The translations under genes were made by a program, and so were the position numbers. Below, piece after piece: positions 49,530 to 63,215 of a stretch of DNA of 64,000 nt. Positions within the stretch are counted from its first letter, which is position 1; each line of letters begins with the position of its first letter. The DNA is from Gekko japonicus (taxonomy: Eukaryota), in contig NW_015177078.1 of NCBI RefSeq assembly GCF_001447785.1, positions 163,942-227,941 on the forward strand, given 5' to 3'. A model generated the notes under the pieces. It was not told the origin of the DNA, made no database searches, and worked only from the letters and a program-made list of their open reading frames with translations.

Positions 49530-50150
49530 ACTGGGACCTGGGACCAACATATCTGAAGGACCACCTGGCCCTGGCCCAAAGGACATCCATCTCACCTCGA
49601 CCAGAGCCAGGGCTTTTTCTGCCCTGGCCCCTGGTGGAACATGCTCCCTATTGAGATCAGGGCCCTGTGGGATCTTCTTCAATTTCACAGGGCCTGCAAG
49701 ATGGAGCTGTTCCACCAGGCCTTTGGCTGAGGCAGCAGGCATCCATCTGTGGCCCCCCTTGAGGTTGTTGTCACCCACCCACTGAAGCCAAATTTTTCAC
49801 TGCTCTCCCTAGTGAGGCAGGAAGAAAACTGAGTTGAGGGTGACTCCCACCACAGGAAACAGTTTGAGGTTCCTGCCTCCCTAAGAGATGGTTGGGAATC
49901 ACTCACAAGATGGCCTCCACCTCAGAGGGAGAACTGGCCATTATTCATCTGTTACTGACAGGCCAGGGAATCTCCCACAGCCAGTTGATTTGTTTTGAGC
50001 TGTAACCACCAATTTTAATGTTTATTATTGTGTTCTAATTTAAAAAACAACAACGACCTTGTATTTATTGTACTGTTTAATATGATGTTACCTGCCCTGA
50101 GCCCACTTGCAGGATGGGCGGGTTATAAATACAAAAAATAAATAAAAAAT
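49530..50150 (+). mobile_element. L2-type LINE 3' fragment
   Basis: accagagccagggctttttc...tggtggaac (RAFS..WN) and tail gccctgagccc...gggcgggttataaat. Confidence 0.75.
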
Positions 50151-53100
50151 TGATTTTAATCTTCAGCTTTTAAAAGAAGGAAGATGAAGTTGCTATGACG
50201 ATAGACAAGTTTCATGATGTCAAGATTGCTATTATGTAGGCAGCAGTTCAACATTTCATTTTTTCTGCTAGTACAACTGTGAGCAGGCATCTCCAAACAA
50301 GAATGCTAGCACACAGGGAAAGAAGTCACCAAGGATTTCCCATTATTCTACCTTACTTGATGCATGAACCAGAGCGATCCCCCCATGAGATCTGTCTGTT
50401 TTGTAAAGTTTCTATGAGCAACTGGGCTCTGATATAGAAGAACTGCCACACAATTTCCTTTAAAAACTGTTATAACTCTACTTTAATTTAAGTTTTTGAA
50501 CTTCAGGCTGCAGAATGACCATGGTGTAGCTAAAGCCAAGTTAGTGAATTATTTATATTTATAGACATGTTGTCATTACAGTATGTTTTAAACACATTGT
50601 TTCACAGCTAATGGCTTTTTTAGAGTTAGCACAAGCATCCAACTTATTTCTGTATTTTTTTTTCTAATAAAGATCATTCTTTCAAATACTTTATCAAATC
50701 TTTGACTGACCAAAACACCCAACTACCAAAAAGGAAACACTTTTAAAAATTAAAAACCAAAAGTCTTGGTTTCTTGGTAAACTTTATACTCCCTATTTTG
50801 AATGGTAAATAGCTTGTTCTCACAATTCTATAAGTTTCAACTATTCTTGGACAACAACAACAAAAATCTAATTTTATTCATAAAAATTCAATGTCTCTGA
50901 AAATATTTAAAATGACACTTAAAACAATCCCTTAAAACTCTGTTTATTCAGAGTTTAAACATGCTTTTCTATATAAAGAGTCATGGGGGGGGGAGAATGC
51001 CTGCCTCTTAATCCAAAGCATTAATACCAAAACATTAATACCATATAACATATTGTGATGAATTTATTTCAGTAAATTATGAATATTTAAGATCAAAGAG
51101 CATGGATACTTACTTTATTCATTACATGCAAATACTGGGTTAAATCCAAAGGTCATTTTTTGCTGGTGTAACTCACTTCCACCAGCAGAAAGAGGGCAGA
51201 TCTCTTTCCCAAAGTTTCCCAAAATTCTGTTTTTGGGGGACAGGGGATTCTCACTAACCGTGGACAGCAAATGAAAATAAGTAGCAGAAAGGGTAATGTG
51301 AGAAGTTACCAACACACAGATGGAAAGCCATCTCTGGATTCAACCAATTGTTTTCCCTAATAAACACCAGATTTTTATTTTGCAAACTTTAGACATTCGG
51401 GCCATGGTCCAGCAAAGAGTTAAACATTCTTAAGTGCACTAATGTCAACAGGCCAAGACACACCAGCTCTACACTGGATTGTGGCCATCCTGTTGAAAGT
51501 GATATCCCAAGGGCATGTGGACAGCAAAAAGCAAAAACAGAAACACCAACCACTTCACAAGTTCTCATGACCCTAAGCAGAGATAATCCTGTAGTGCAAA
51601 GTACACAAACTGTAAGAGAAAGATTTTAAATTAGTGTTCTTCAACAGTGTTCTTCCTATTTAGTTACCAATTAATATGTGTTGTTATAGTAACCTACTAG
51701 TATGCATGCTGCCAGGAAATTTATCTGTTAATCATGATGGTTTAGATCAGTTCACCCTATATTTACCCAGCCCCCCAAGCACTGCTGCTTCAGGAAGATT
51801 TCAGCAATATCTGTACTTGTTCTGAAATTGCATGGAAGCTCCAATAATATGAATCAGCATCTTATGTAGGGCCTATATGCATGCAGCTACTGTAATCTGT
51901 ATGACTGCAGCAGCTGAACTGATCAACCAGTATGTTCTAAAGGCATATAGTGCCCATCAACTACTGAAACTAGCAGGGTGTGGCCTTGGTCACTGCCTGG
52001 ATACTCTACCTGGGAACAATATGCAATCTACTCTGAGCTCCTGGGAGGAATAGTGGGATATATAACCCAAATCAATAGGCCCAGTTTCTCATGCACTTCA
52101 ATGGTGCCTTTTATTTCAGATGTTTACTTCCTTCGATTATTAGTAAACTGCTTGTCATTCTCTTATGCAGGAAGTGATGCACTTGCCTATCATCCCTACA
52201 GTGAAAGGGATGGGGGGGATTGTAGAACCTCCCCTGAGTCCCCTCCTATATCACAATAAGCAAACACACACAAACCTCGAGCAAGGGAAAACCCTTCCTT
52301 ATCTAGCTCAGAACCTGTCTGAGGAAACAAGAATAAATGCCAGCTGGCTTGCATAGTTAAATGATGTAATGGTGTCAGCAATGGATGGAAGGGTGAGCAG
52401 TGGACTGGAGGCTTCCCACTCCTATCCTTGCAAATAAGAGTAAGTTTAATTGCCAATGAGAACAAGTGACCATGCTGTGACCTACAAGGCTATTAGAGGA
52501 GGTCCTGAATACCCCCAATCCCCTTAATTTTTCCCACCTAAGTAAAAAAATTATGGGGACTTCACTTGTATGAAAAGAAAAGTAGTGCTCCACTTGGGAA
52601 CACTTACGGTGTCAAGAGAAAAACCTGAGAAAGCTGAGCAGGATATAAGGCAGCATCACAGTGGTTTGGTAGTTTGAATTGAAGCATCCACTTTATCACT
52701 TTTTAATAAGCCAAGACTAGGATTCTTCAAACTAATAAGTTCAAAGCTTGAATCAAATGAGTTTAAAATATCTAAACAGGTATTTGTACAGCTCTATACA
52801 AAAAGTACAAGGTAATTAAGCTAGTATCGTTTGACAAAAAGCATCAAAGCAGACGGGTATTTAAAGTTCTTACTGAAATACAGACGTTACTTCCAACTGG
52901 ATGTCTCATCCGAGAACAGCAAATACTAGCAATAAGCTAATTGATGCACCAATTGGGTAACATGTTAAAGCGATTTAGAAAAAAAGAGTTTGCATCATCA
53001 GGTTCTCTTTTAAGTGTGACCTGATATATTGCAAATTTGCAGTATAGCTACCAGGAGTGCCTACTTTAGCAGTTTTAGGCCACAGCAACTTTTGCTTCAG

Positions 53101-53608
53101 GTAGGCCCCTAGCAGTGCTACCTCCTCCTCCTTCTCGCAGCATGTTCTGCATGGGTGAGTCATGGCTAACATTACATCATCTTATCCAGGGAAGGGCCTG
53201 TGTTCTATAGTGAAAATTACAACCTCATAAAGTGCATGCCAGCACCCTCTAGAATCTAGACTATGCTGATAGCAAGAAAATGATGTTGGAATTCTTTGTT
53301 CCTCCCAACTGCTAACTGCCCATAAAAGACTTCTCACAACAAAACAAATTGGATCAAATACAGAGCTTATACTGTGTATCGATATATTTGGATACCAAAT
53401 TCCTGCTACATAAGGAGTGCTACATGTAAAAAGTTTTAAGAGGCAGGCCCACTAGTTAATTTTCCAAAAAGATGGAGCAATAGATTCAGATGTGTGCATA
53501 ACTGAGCAATAGATTTAGAAATATTTTGTATGGTCACCTATTTGATGATCACAATGTGTCAATGATTCAACAAACTTATGTACCCTTAAATGATAATGAA
53601 AAAGGTTA

Positions 53609-53920
<312 letters not shown>

Positions 53921-56064
53921 TTATCTGGAGAATGAAAAAACAGTAAGATATTACTCAGGCATCTGTCCTAAGTGTTTGTAATCTAGCTGTTAGCAAGGTA
54001 AGGGGTACACCTTTGTACAGGAGCCATGCACTCAATTACCTGGGAGAAAAGACCACTAATTTTAGTAGACGTTATCCCAATGTGTGTGAAGAACCTTTAT
54101 TTCAACACCCATTATGGATCTGGACCACAATAAGTCAGCTATCCTTCTTATGACCGGGCTCTTCTTCTCTAGATGTTCTTAGTTCTTTATATAAAGTGAC
54201 TATTGATTGACACATGGATATTTTGAGAAACCAAGGCATCTTGAAAATTACATCATCTTTAAAATGTTGTTTCATATAGACCACTGTGTTACTACAAAGT
54301 CACTCCCTTCTCTTTTAAGAACTTCAGGTTCTCCCTTCTAACTTCACATTGCACACTAAGAAAAACCCATTAGCACCAGAGTGCATTAGGTCTGAAGCCA
54401 ACCGATTCAAACTGCTTTGTAACTGAACCAGGAAGAACATGTGTTAAGGTGATGGTGCAAGTCTCACCAATTTCAACAGAAATTTACATTAACTGAATTA
54501 GTTGAGCCAAGGTGCTATTTTCAAACCACTTACATTAAATCAGCTTCATAAGGCAAGGCACCCCACCCAGGCTACACAAAGACCAGGAAACATTTTAAAA
54601 ATCTGTTTTAGCTCCAGTGATTCCTCATCAATAATGTAATACACGTCTGGGAACAGCTCACGTTGCAAAAAATAAAGGTAGAATTGCTTAGTGACTTAAG
54701 GTCATCAGATTTGCAAGGCAAAACATCTACAGGCCTGCAGGGAGGGTCTCTGCTTTTTATGCTTATTGAGAGGAGGCGAGTGGTGTGCAATACAATGGAA
54801 TGGTCTTCCCGTACAGTACGAAACTGGGACTCAACGGTATAAAACGGTGCTGCTGCAGCTCTCTGGCACAGGCGGCCACGGGTGTGTTGCCGCAGCTGGC
54901 AAGGCTACAAAGATGGCTGGGGCGGAGAGCGGCCGTGGGTACGAGCATGAAGCCGATAACGTGTGGGCGAAAGAAAAGCAGGGTGGAGAGGAAGAGAAAA
55001 GGACAACCCAGGCCAGACGCTCTCTCCCTCGCCGTTGCCCCTCCCAGCGCCGCAACCGCCTCATCCGCCCGCCCGGCTCCCGAGACATGAAGCGCCTCGT
55101 CTGGGCTCTTTGTCATGGCGGATTCGTGTCAGAGCCCAGCCCACTTCTGTGCGCGTTAATCCCCCCCCACACACACACCTCCGCCCCGGGAGGGGGATGC
55201 AGCATCTCCACCCCGACACAGAGCCGAAGGGAAAGGGGGAAGCCCAGGCGGCGCCTCGCTGCTGGGAGAGGGGGGAGGGAGAGGAGACACACCCGCCCAC
55301 CTGCCTTGCCCGCCCGCCCGCTCCTTGCCCTGCGGCTGCGGCGCGGTCACCGCCCCAAGGGAGCCTCTGGCGAGGCGGCCGCGAATCGCAGCGCCCTCCC
55401 AGCCCACACTTCCCTCCTTTCTCCCCCCTCTCCACACCCGGTCCTTTTAAGGTGGGGCCCCCCTCCGATCCCCCTAATGCGGCGCTGGCGGCGGTTCGCA
55501 CCGGTTCGGATGCGCCGCTCCCCGGCGGGAAGCCACACCCTGAGAGCGAGCTGGCCCCCGCAGCCACTTCCAGGCAGGCGAGGCCGAGAGCGGCAAGGCC
55601 GCCACCGCCGCCGCCGAGCGAGGCGGAAAGGGTGTGTGTGTGGGGGGGGGGAAGAGGGAATGGCATCCTGCTCCCCAACATGGCGCCCCCTCCCTCACAT
55701 GGCAGCGTTCCTTGGAAGCCCCCCNNNNNNNNNNNNNNNNNNNNNNNNNNNNNNNNNNNNNNNNNNNNNNNNNNNNNNNNNNNNNNNNNNNNNNNNNNNN
55801 NNNNNNNNNNNNNNNNNNNNNNNNNNNNNNNNNNNNNNNNNNNNNNNNNNNNNNNNNNNNNNNNNNNNNNNNNNNNNNNNNNNNNNNNNNNNNNNNNNNN
55901 NNNNNNNNNNNNNNNNNNNNNNNNNNNNNNNNNNNNNNNNNNNNNNNNNNNNNNNNNNNNNNNNNNNNNNNNNNNNNNNNNNNNNNNNNNNNNNNNNNNN
56001 NNNNNNNNNNNNNNNNNNNNNNNNNNNNNNNNNNNNNNNNNNNNNNNGGGGGGGCCGGCCGCAC

Positions 56065-56320
56065 CTGTTTGTGTGGGTGGGGGGGGGGGAAGACAGGAGG
56101 CGAACCGAACCCCCGCCGCGGCGACGGAAATGAATGGCGCTTCCCCACCAGGCCGCCTCGTCCGGCGCGGGGCTGGGAGCCGCCCTTCTGCTGCCCTCGG
56201 AAGGAAAGGAGGCAGGGAGGGAGGGGGAGGCAGGGAGGGCGGCGAACACCCGTTTCAGCGCCGCTCCTTCTTCCCCTTTCAACCTCTGGCGGCTGCTGCT
56301 GCTGACGCCGCCGCCGCCGC
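56065..56320 (-). other. YWHAZ: Candidate alternative non-coding first exon of YWHAZ
   Basis: GC-rich segment ending in donor CAG|GTGCGG (GT at 56063-56064). Mammalian YWHAZ is known to use several alternative first exons. Confidence 0.35.
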
Positions 56321-56392
56321 CCCGTTTAAAAGCCGCTCCAACCAGCGGAGCCTCTCCCGGAAAGGAAACGAGAGCCGGCAGGAGGCCGTTAC

Positions 56393-56500
56393 CTGCAGGG
56401 TCGACGGTACGAGTGTCTCTAAGGCGGGTGACCGGCGCGGACTGTGCCTATATCGCGGCTCGCTCCGCTGCAGCCTCGCTCTCGCTCACCCAAGCGCCAC
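56393..56500 (-). other. YWHAZ: Non-coding first exon of YWHAZ (5' end approximate)
   Basis: Inside the CpG island, just downstream of CCAAT/CRE motifs; ends in a strong donor CAG|GTAACG (GT at 56391-56392). Confidence 0.7.
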
Positions 56501-56514
56501 ACACGGGGTCTCCG

Positions 56515-56579
56515 CCAATCACCGCGTCGCAACGCACGGGCAACACAGAGCCCGTGACGTCAAACGGCGCCATGGCAAC
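56515..56579 (-). promoter_or_regulatory. Proximal promoter cluster: CCAAT (56515-56519), palindromic CRE TGACGTCA (56555-56562), RFX X-box-like GGCGCCATGGCAAC (56566-56579)
   Basis: Motifs read directly from the sequence immediately upstream of putative exon 1. Confidence 0.75.
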
Positions 56580-59147
56580 CGCGCGCGGGCACGCGCTTGC
56601 GCCTACACTTTTCCCCTCCTGCCCTTCCCCCTCCCCCCACCCCGTGCCTCTCTCTTTCTCCCTCGGCCCCACCAGCGCGACGGCTGCACCAACCGCCGCA
56701 AGCAACACACGGCAGGGCAGGAGAGAGAGAGCGCGCGCACGCTGTGGCGCTCGTGCCGTATCGCGCGCGCCCTTGGACACGCCTAGTCCCGCTGTTTCTC
56801 TCCCTCTCTTCCGACTACGTGAGCGCGCACAGATCCTTTACCCCCCTCCGCCCACTACTGCAGAGCGTGTTATCTCGCGCATGCGGGAGAGCCGCGCCTC
56901 CCTCTCTCTCTCTCCCTACAGCCGGCTGCAAGGCTGTTGGAAGGGAGGGCAGGGAGCGGCTCCGCGCCGCCCTGGCGCTTCCGCCCCAGAGCTAGCATTA
57001 GGGTGGGGGCGCTGCACTGTTCCCTCCTTCTCCATCGCCTTGGACGGGTTTTGGTAGCTCAAGAACCGTGGTTCTCTCCCCCCCCCCTTAGTCTGACCAG
57101 TGAGCAGGCAAGGGAAGCACGACCCGGCGCCCCTCAGCCCCCTCCCCCGCGCACATGAGCACAATTCAACTATCCTTTCCCAGCTCCAGCCCTTCGAGGC
57201 CTTGAGCCAAGTCTCAGTCATTCAAGGCCACAGAGGAAGTTTCAGGTCCTTCAGATGAGGGTGCTGTAGGCGCTGTGCGTTTTAAAAGGAGGGGCTCGAG
57301 TTGTGATAGGAAGGCCCACCCGGGGTTGAAAAAGAGTGGTACTCTGACCTGCTTGTGAACATTTTAGACGTTATGAAATCCGGTTCCGTGGGTTATATTG
57401 CTTTTATTTCAGGGTTCTCTGGTTGTGTGCTCCACTTTCGTTGTGTGTCTGGTCATTATTGCATTGTTTTTATAGTTCTGTAATCTCCCTTGGGTCTCAA
57501 GAAGAAAGGTGGATGATCAAGTAAGCAAGTAAATTAATGACAGTTTATACTTGGCTTTTCCGCCTCTTTCCAAAGTGGTTTATAAAATGGCCAGGTGTTG
57601 CACTGTGCTTGGGGGTGCTGCTGGTGCCTGACCTAAAAATGTGAGACAGGTGATTAACAGGGCTTTTCCGGTAGTGGTACATTGCCTGTGGAATGCCCTT
57701 TTGCTTGAGACTCACTTGGTGCTTATGCTACTCTGTTTTAGGTGCCAGGCCAAACAGTTCCCTTCACCCAGGGTGTTAATTAAGGGGTCGATTGTGTAAG
57801 GCTATTTGCATAGTGGTGCTTTTAGCCTGGAAAAACTTAAATTCAGAGTTGTTAATGCTGGGTTGCCAGCATTAATGTTGTTGCCAGGATCACAGGGGAG
57901 CAGGTGGCCCTTTAGATACCCCGGCCCCAGCTTATTTTGCACTCAATTTCCATATCTTTTTTTAAAAATCCAGATTCCAATATGGCCAGTCCATGCAAAC
58001 AGTTGCCTATTTTAATTCTTATTTAAACCTTTCCATATCTTTTTGATTACACACATGGTGTTGCTTCTGTGATTTTTGAGCTCAAGGAATTAGCTTGTGA
58101 ACATGAAAATACGTTTGCATGTGTTATGTGCCATCAAGTTTATTTGTTATTTAGAGTTCGCCTTTCTCACATGGACTCAAGGTGGGTTACACACATAGTG
58201 AGCCAATACAATAAAAAATGGGATGTTCAGTAACTAATTAATTACTATATTAGAAGATTGGAACCACCAGAAAGAACAGGAGCATGGTATAACTATTAAG
58301 GTGACACATTAAGCGGTACGGAAGTTACACAATAAGATCCTACTTACAATACGCTGTATACATTTAGTAAATACCACAGGTCCCAATCTTTTATCCAAGT
58401 AAGTTTGTGAAACCATTTTGTAATGTGTAGCCTTATTACCTGGACTGGAAAGCTCTCTTGAATAGTTCAGTTTTGCATAGTTTGCAGAAGGCCAGGAGAG
58501 TGGAAGCTTTTTTGACCTCTTAGGGGAGTCCATTCCACAAGGTGGGAGTCACAGCAAACAAAGCACGTGTATGGGCAATTGTTGGTTTTCCCATTTGTAG
58601 GTTGGCGCCTGCAGAAACTCCTGCTGACATATTGCTTCCAACCTATGTATTAATGACCTCCAAAATTCCTTATCATAAACAGCCTTGCTCAGGTCTTGCA
58701 AACTATGGGGCATGGCTTTTTTAACTGACTCAATCCATGTTTAAATAATACTCTAAGCATTCTTTTAATAATTTCAGTCTTGTAAAGTTTGAGCAAATAT
58801 TTAAAATAATTGCGATTAATGTCTGATTTTCATATTGTTTTTTAGGTGTCATAATCTTCTGGAATCAAAGGCGATAACACTGAAAGCACCAAAATACTTT
58901 AAGCTGGTCTGTGAACCCACTCTGAGAGATGACAGTGTGAGAAACAAACTAGATAGACACTGGCACTGTGTTAAAATACAGCTGATTTGTGTTGCCCCAA
59001 CTTATACTGAGAAAGATCACATAAAGCAATATTGTGTTACCGGTCAGCGATTTCGAAACTGTTAAATCTGATACCCATTGATTTTTACAAACCCACGATG
59101 GTATGAAAGTTAACATTTATTCAAAGAAAAATTAAACATATATATCT

Positions 59148-59560
59148 ATTTAACTAATTCAGTTTGTATCCTGCCCTCCCCACAAGTGGGCTCAGGGCAG
59201 GTTCCATCATAAAATTCACGGTAGAACAAATCGACGGTGAAAATATATCTAAAAACCTATCTCAAAACAGTAATCAATAAAAGACCAGTGCCTCAACAGA
59301 TCTCAGCAAGAAGCAGTTGGTTCCCAGGTGGCTATTCGGATCTGAGGTCACTGGAGGGGAGGCCAATAGCAGGTGGTTGGCCGCTGCCTCAACTGAAAGC
59401 CTGGTGGTGGAAGAGCTCTGTCTTGCGGGCCCTGCGGAACTGTAATAAGTCCTGATTTCTAATGGGAGCTCATTCCACCAGGTAGGGGCCAGGGCTCAAA
59501 AAGCCCTGGCCCTCCTTGAGACAAGTCAGATGTCCCTGGGGCCAGGAACCACCAGGAGGT
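59148..59560 (-). mobile_element. L2-type LINE 3' fragment (with a short + strand tail at 59605-59661)
   Basis: Inverted homology to 49530-50150. Confidence 0.7.
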
Positions 59561-59665
59561 GTTGATTAATAGATTGTTACGTTCCTGCAGTGCTCATATG
59601 GGGGGGAGCCGCCCTGAGCCTCTGGGAGGGCGGGATACAAATCAAATAAATAAATAATAAATTTA

Positions 59666-60174
59666 GGCCTCGGTCACACGGGCCGGATATCGCGGGGGGG
59701 GAGGCGTGGCTGTTTGCCCCGGGGCAAAATAACGCACGGTTGCGCGATCAGACGTCCCGTGGAGGTCCCGTGGGTAGGGGGGAGGTGCCGATCACAGGAC
59801 AATCCTGTGGCGCGGCAAAGAAGCAGCGTGGTGCGGCAAACGGGTTTGTTTTTTTCTGTATACCAAAGTATGCGCATGCTCCGTTGGGTGCTTGTCCGCA
59901 TCCATGGAGACTTGGGGGGAAAAACCTTTTTGCAAGGGGACATGGGCGGGCGCCGGATGCCACCGGAAACACGATCAGACGCCCGCCCTTGCCCCGCGGT
60001 TAACGGAAACTAGTACCTTGGAGGTACTAGTTTTTTACCCCGCATCTTCGGCGGGAAGCCTTGGGTGAGCCACGGGAGCTCTACGCTTCCCAGATGTGGC
60101 GGTGAGATCGCACCCGGAAAATCTGCCTATCTTCTGTCTCTCTAGTGTGGCTAATGTTCCGTGTGACTGCAGCC
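59666..60174. mobile_element. CpG-rich MITE, PIF/Harbinger-like
   Basis: TIRs GGCCTCGGTCACACGG / CCGTGTGACTGCAGCC; flanks TTA / AAA (imperfect 3-bp TSD); internal 12-bp perfect hairpin at 60007-60033. Confidence 0.7.
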
Positions 60175-62880
60175 AAATATTGTACAATCCAACTAAAGCA
60201 GAAGAGGAAGTTAAGTATTGTGAGAATTGTCAGATCCCATTCACAATAAGATGTATTTTTGTGTGTGCAAATGTTAAACCTCCACTATTTCCAGTGCTGT
60301 CCTAAGCAGAGTTGCACCATTCTGTGAGATATGACACCAGTGGGCAGGGAAGGACATAACTCTGTTTAGGATTGCACTGTTAACAAACTATAGCTTTCGG
60401 TGTAGACAAGACCATATACATTCAAACAACAGGATATAGCTGGCTGGAAAAGTGGGATATAAATCTTTTAAACAAACCAAGTGATGAGTTCTGGAGATAC
60501 AATACCTTTGGAAATGAAACACTGCGCAAAATGCTCACAAGTTCAAGGAAGTGACTTAGCCTGAAATACTGACACAGTTAAGTTATATGAGGGGGGAGCT
60601 TTTGCTGAATCAATAATTTAAATGGCATGTCTTATGAAAAGAATGAATGGACTTTGCTCACAGTATTCAAAATGGTGGACCTGACTAAACCATAGAAAGC
60701 AGAGATCACGTACCTTGCTAGGGAAGAAAAATGAAGACCCGCTCAATATAAATGTCAGCAGGCTGCATGAAAGGATTTTCTCACTTTTTCTAGTGATTAT
60801 ATTGAAACTTTCAAAAGAGAGAGCTTATTGATTTACGACAAAGATGTTGGCAAGGTAGTGTGACAAGCCTGCAGAGAAGATTAAGGTAAACATGTACCAC
60901 CTGTGATTCAGGTTGTGAAGAAGATTAAGCGGGAAATGGTTAAGCAAAGAAGCACCATTCATGGGCAATTTAAGAATGGTTGTCGGATTAAAGTTGCATC
61001 GCAAGTACTGCTTGCTGAAGTAGATATAATTCTTTATGGACCATTCATTAAAAACTAATGGCATTATCACTTTGTCAGTTCTCATGACATCTGCTTCTTT
61101 TCTACAAAAAAAGAAGGTCATAAGTATAATGATACACCAGACCAACTGATAATTTCCTTTACCAGTAGACTGGGGATTTTCAATGTATGGAAAAATGAGA
61201 ATACTAGGAAATTGTGGAGATGTTACATGCATAGGGCCTTGGCATGTCAATCTCGTATATATGCATGTTGGAATTTTTTTTTTCCTGTTCCCTAGTGTAC
61301 AAAAGTTCAGATTAGTAGGAAAAACAAGTTTGTTCAGTGAAGTTACAAGATTAAAACTGGAGATTTAAAAAAAACAACAACACATCCATATAATGTCATC
61401 CCCTAACTATACAAGTTAGCCCTGTTTTGCTCCTCTTTTGCCAAACCCAGTTTGAGATAATTGGGGGGGGGGGGATCAAAGTCAAAGTGTCTTTGTCAGC
61501 AGTGTGAATGGGAAGGTGCAGATTTTTGCAGGTCTGCCCACATTGGTGCCATTCTCCTTGCCAGAGCTTCCCCATGCCTCCAGGCTTTTAGGAACAAACA
61601 GGTAATTGACATACCTCTGTGGCATTAGGTTCCACCTTCAGCAATATGTCAATTATACCGCTCTTGAGGGAAAAGCCCTCTGGTGGCATGGGGGGAGGTG
61701 GAATGACTGCTTTGGGGGGCTTTGGTAAGTAAACGGGGGATTGCAGAGTGGTTGCTTTGTTTCTGTCATGGATGCAGGATTTTACTCTGTGCTGCTTAGC
61801 TGGTAGCATTTCGTCATCTGGTGCATTTCTTCATCTGTATTCTGTTTCTAGGACATAACAAAACTTGGTAACGTGCCAGTAGCTTGGGATATTTTTCATT
61901 ACTTGGAAGTAGTTCTCATTAAAGAAAAGGTTGGTAAGCCCTGTCAGACAAATTAACATAGACACCAACATTGGACTTGACTGATCTATGTGCAGGATCC
62001 TGTGCCAGTAGCTCAAGTACCCCCCCCCAACTGTATGAATGGTTCCTGACTTTGTTCAACAGCTATGATAATGCATGTAATGACCATCATTAAACTTATC
62101 ACACAGATCTTGATCAGCAGGCATATCTGGAAACAATCAGATAAATGTCCATGTGTCCATTTTCTTCTCCAAATGGGTATGGTAAAGTCATGGCAACCAA
62201 GGAGTTCACACGGCATTCAGAAATATGGGGATTCCTGTTGCAAGCTGATGAAATTGGTCCATATGATGGCAGACAAGACAACCACGATGTGGGCAAAATG
62301 CAAAGGTGACACTTGAATTTCGCGTCTGTTCCCTTTTTCCAAAACACAGATCTACACCCATCAAGTGAAAAAGTATGGTCTAGAAATATTTAAGTAAACA
62401 GGCATCCAGAAAATGCAAGGTAGTTGTATTTGACATGTACTTTTCAAGTACTTCAGGTGCAACAGTTATGACCCCCATATGGAAAAACAGCCAAGTAACT
62501 CACCTTTCCCCTTACTTGTGTTATCAGCAGTTTGAAGAGAGCCTGGATTTTTGTCAGGGAAGTGATATGAAGGATTAAATCCTCCCAACCTCCCTGCCAT
62601 GGCCCCCAGTTCAGACTAGCCCTCACCCAGTGGCTATTTTTAAGTAAAGACTGACAGATTTCCAGCATCATCGTGTGGTGCCACTGCAAAGGCTCCATCT
62701 ACAACCACAAGTTATTTAAGTGGATAAAAGTTTTTGGGTTTCCTGTTATTTTAGTACACTGACATTAACCCTGGTTTGTACAGCTTGTTCATCTATTATG
62801 CGTAGAAACAACATGTATTACATTAAAATAATTAGGTAACTATAAATAAACCTTTTTTCTGTATTAGAACATATTTCAAA

Positions 62881-63168
62881 TAGAATCAAAGTTGGAAGGG
62901 ACCTCCAGGGTCATCTAGTCCAACCTCTTGCACAATGCAGGAAATTCACAGATCCCTCCCTCCCCACACCCCCAGTGACTACTGTTCCACACCCAGAAGA
63001 TGACAATAAACCTCCAGGATCTCCAGCCAACCTGGCCTGGAGAAAAATTGCTTCCTGACCCCAAAGTGGTTATCAGCATTTTCCTGGGTGTGTAAGAAAG
63101 GCCAACAAGAACTAAGCACTGATGCAACCCTTCCCGCCCTCCCTCACATGATCTGCCTAAGTTCACAA
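62881..63168 (-). mobile_element. CR1 LINE 3' end
   Basis: Inverted homolog of 1600-1817 (gggtcatctagtccaacc). Confidence 0.85.
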
Positions 63169-63215
63169 TGTTTGCAAACAAGATTCCTCAGTTATAAAAA
63201 CCATAGGAATGAATT

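Larger units (their letters stand above)
54850..57160. promoter_or_regulatory. CpG island / YWHAZ promoter
   Basis: Very GC- and CpG-rich over ~2.3 kb (partly gapped) upstream of exon 2, in an otherwise CpG-depleted background. Confidence 0.93.

Noticed and set aside
54766-57057. Long ORFs (455, 607, 307 aa) over the CpG island
   Set aside because: Low-complexity Arg/Pro/Gly/Ala translations caused by GC richness; the two longest also read through a 323-nt N gap. No recognisable domain.
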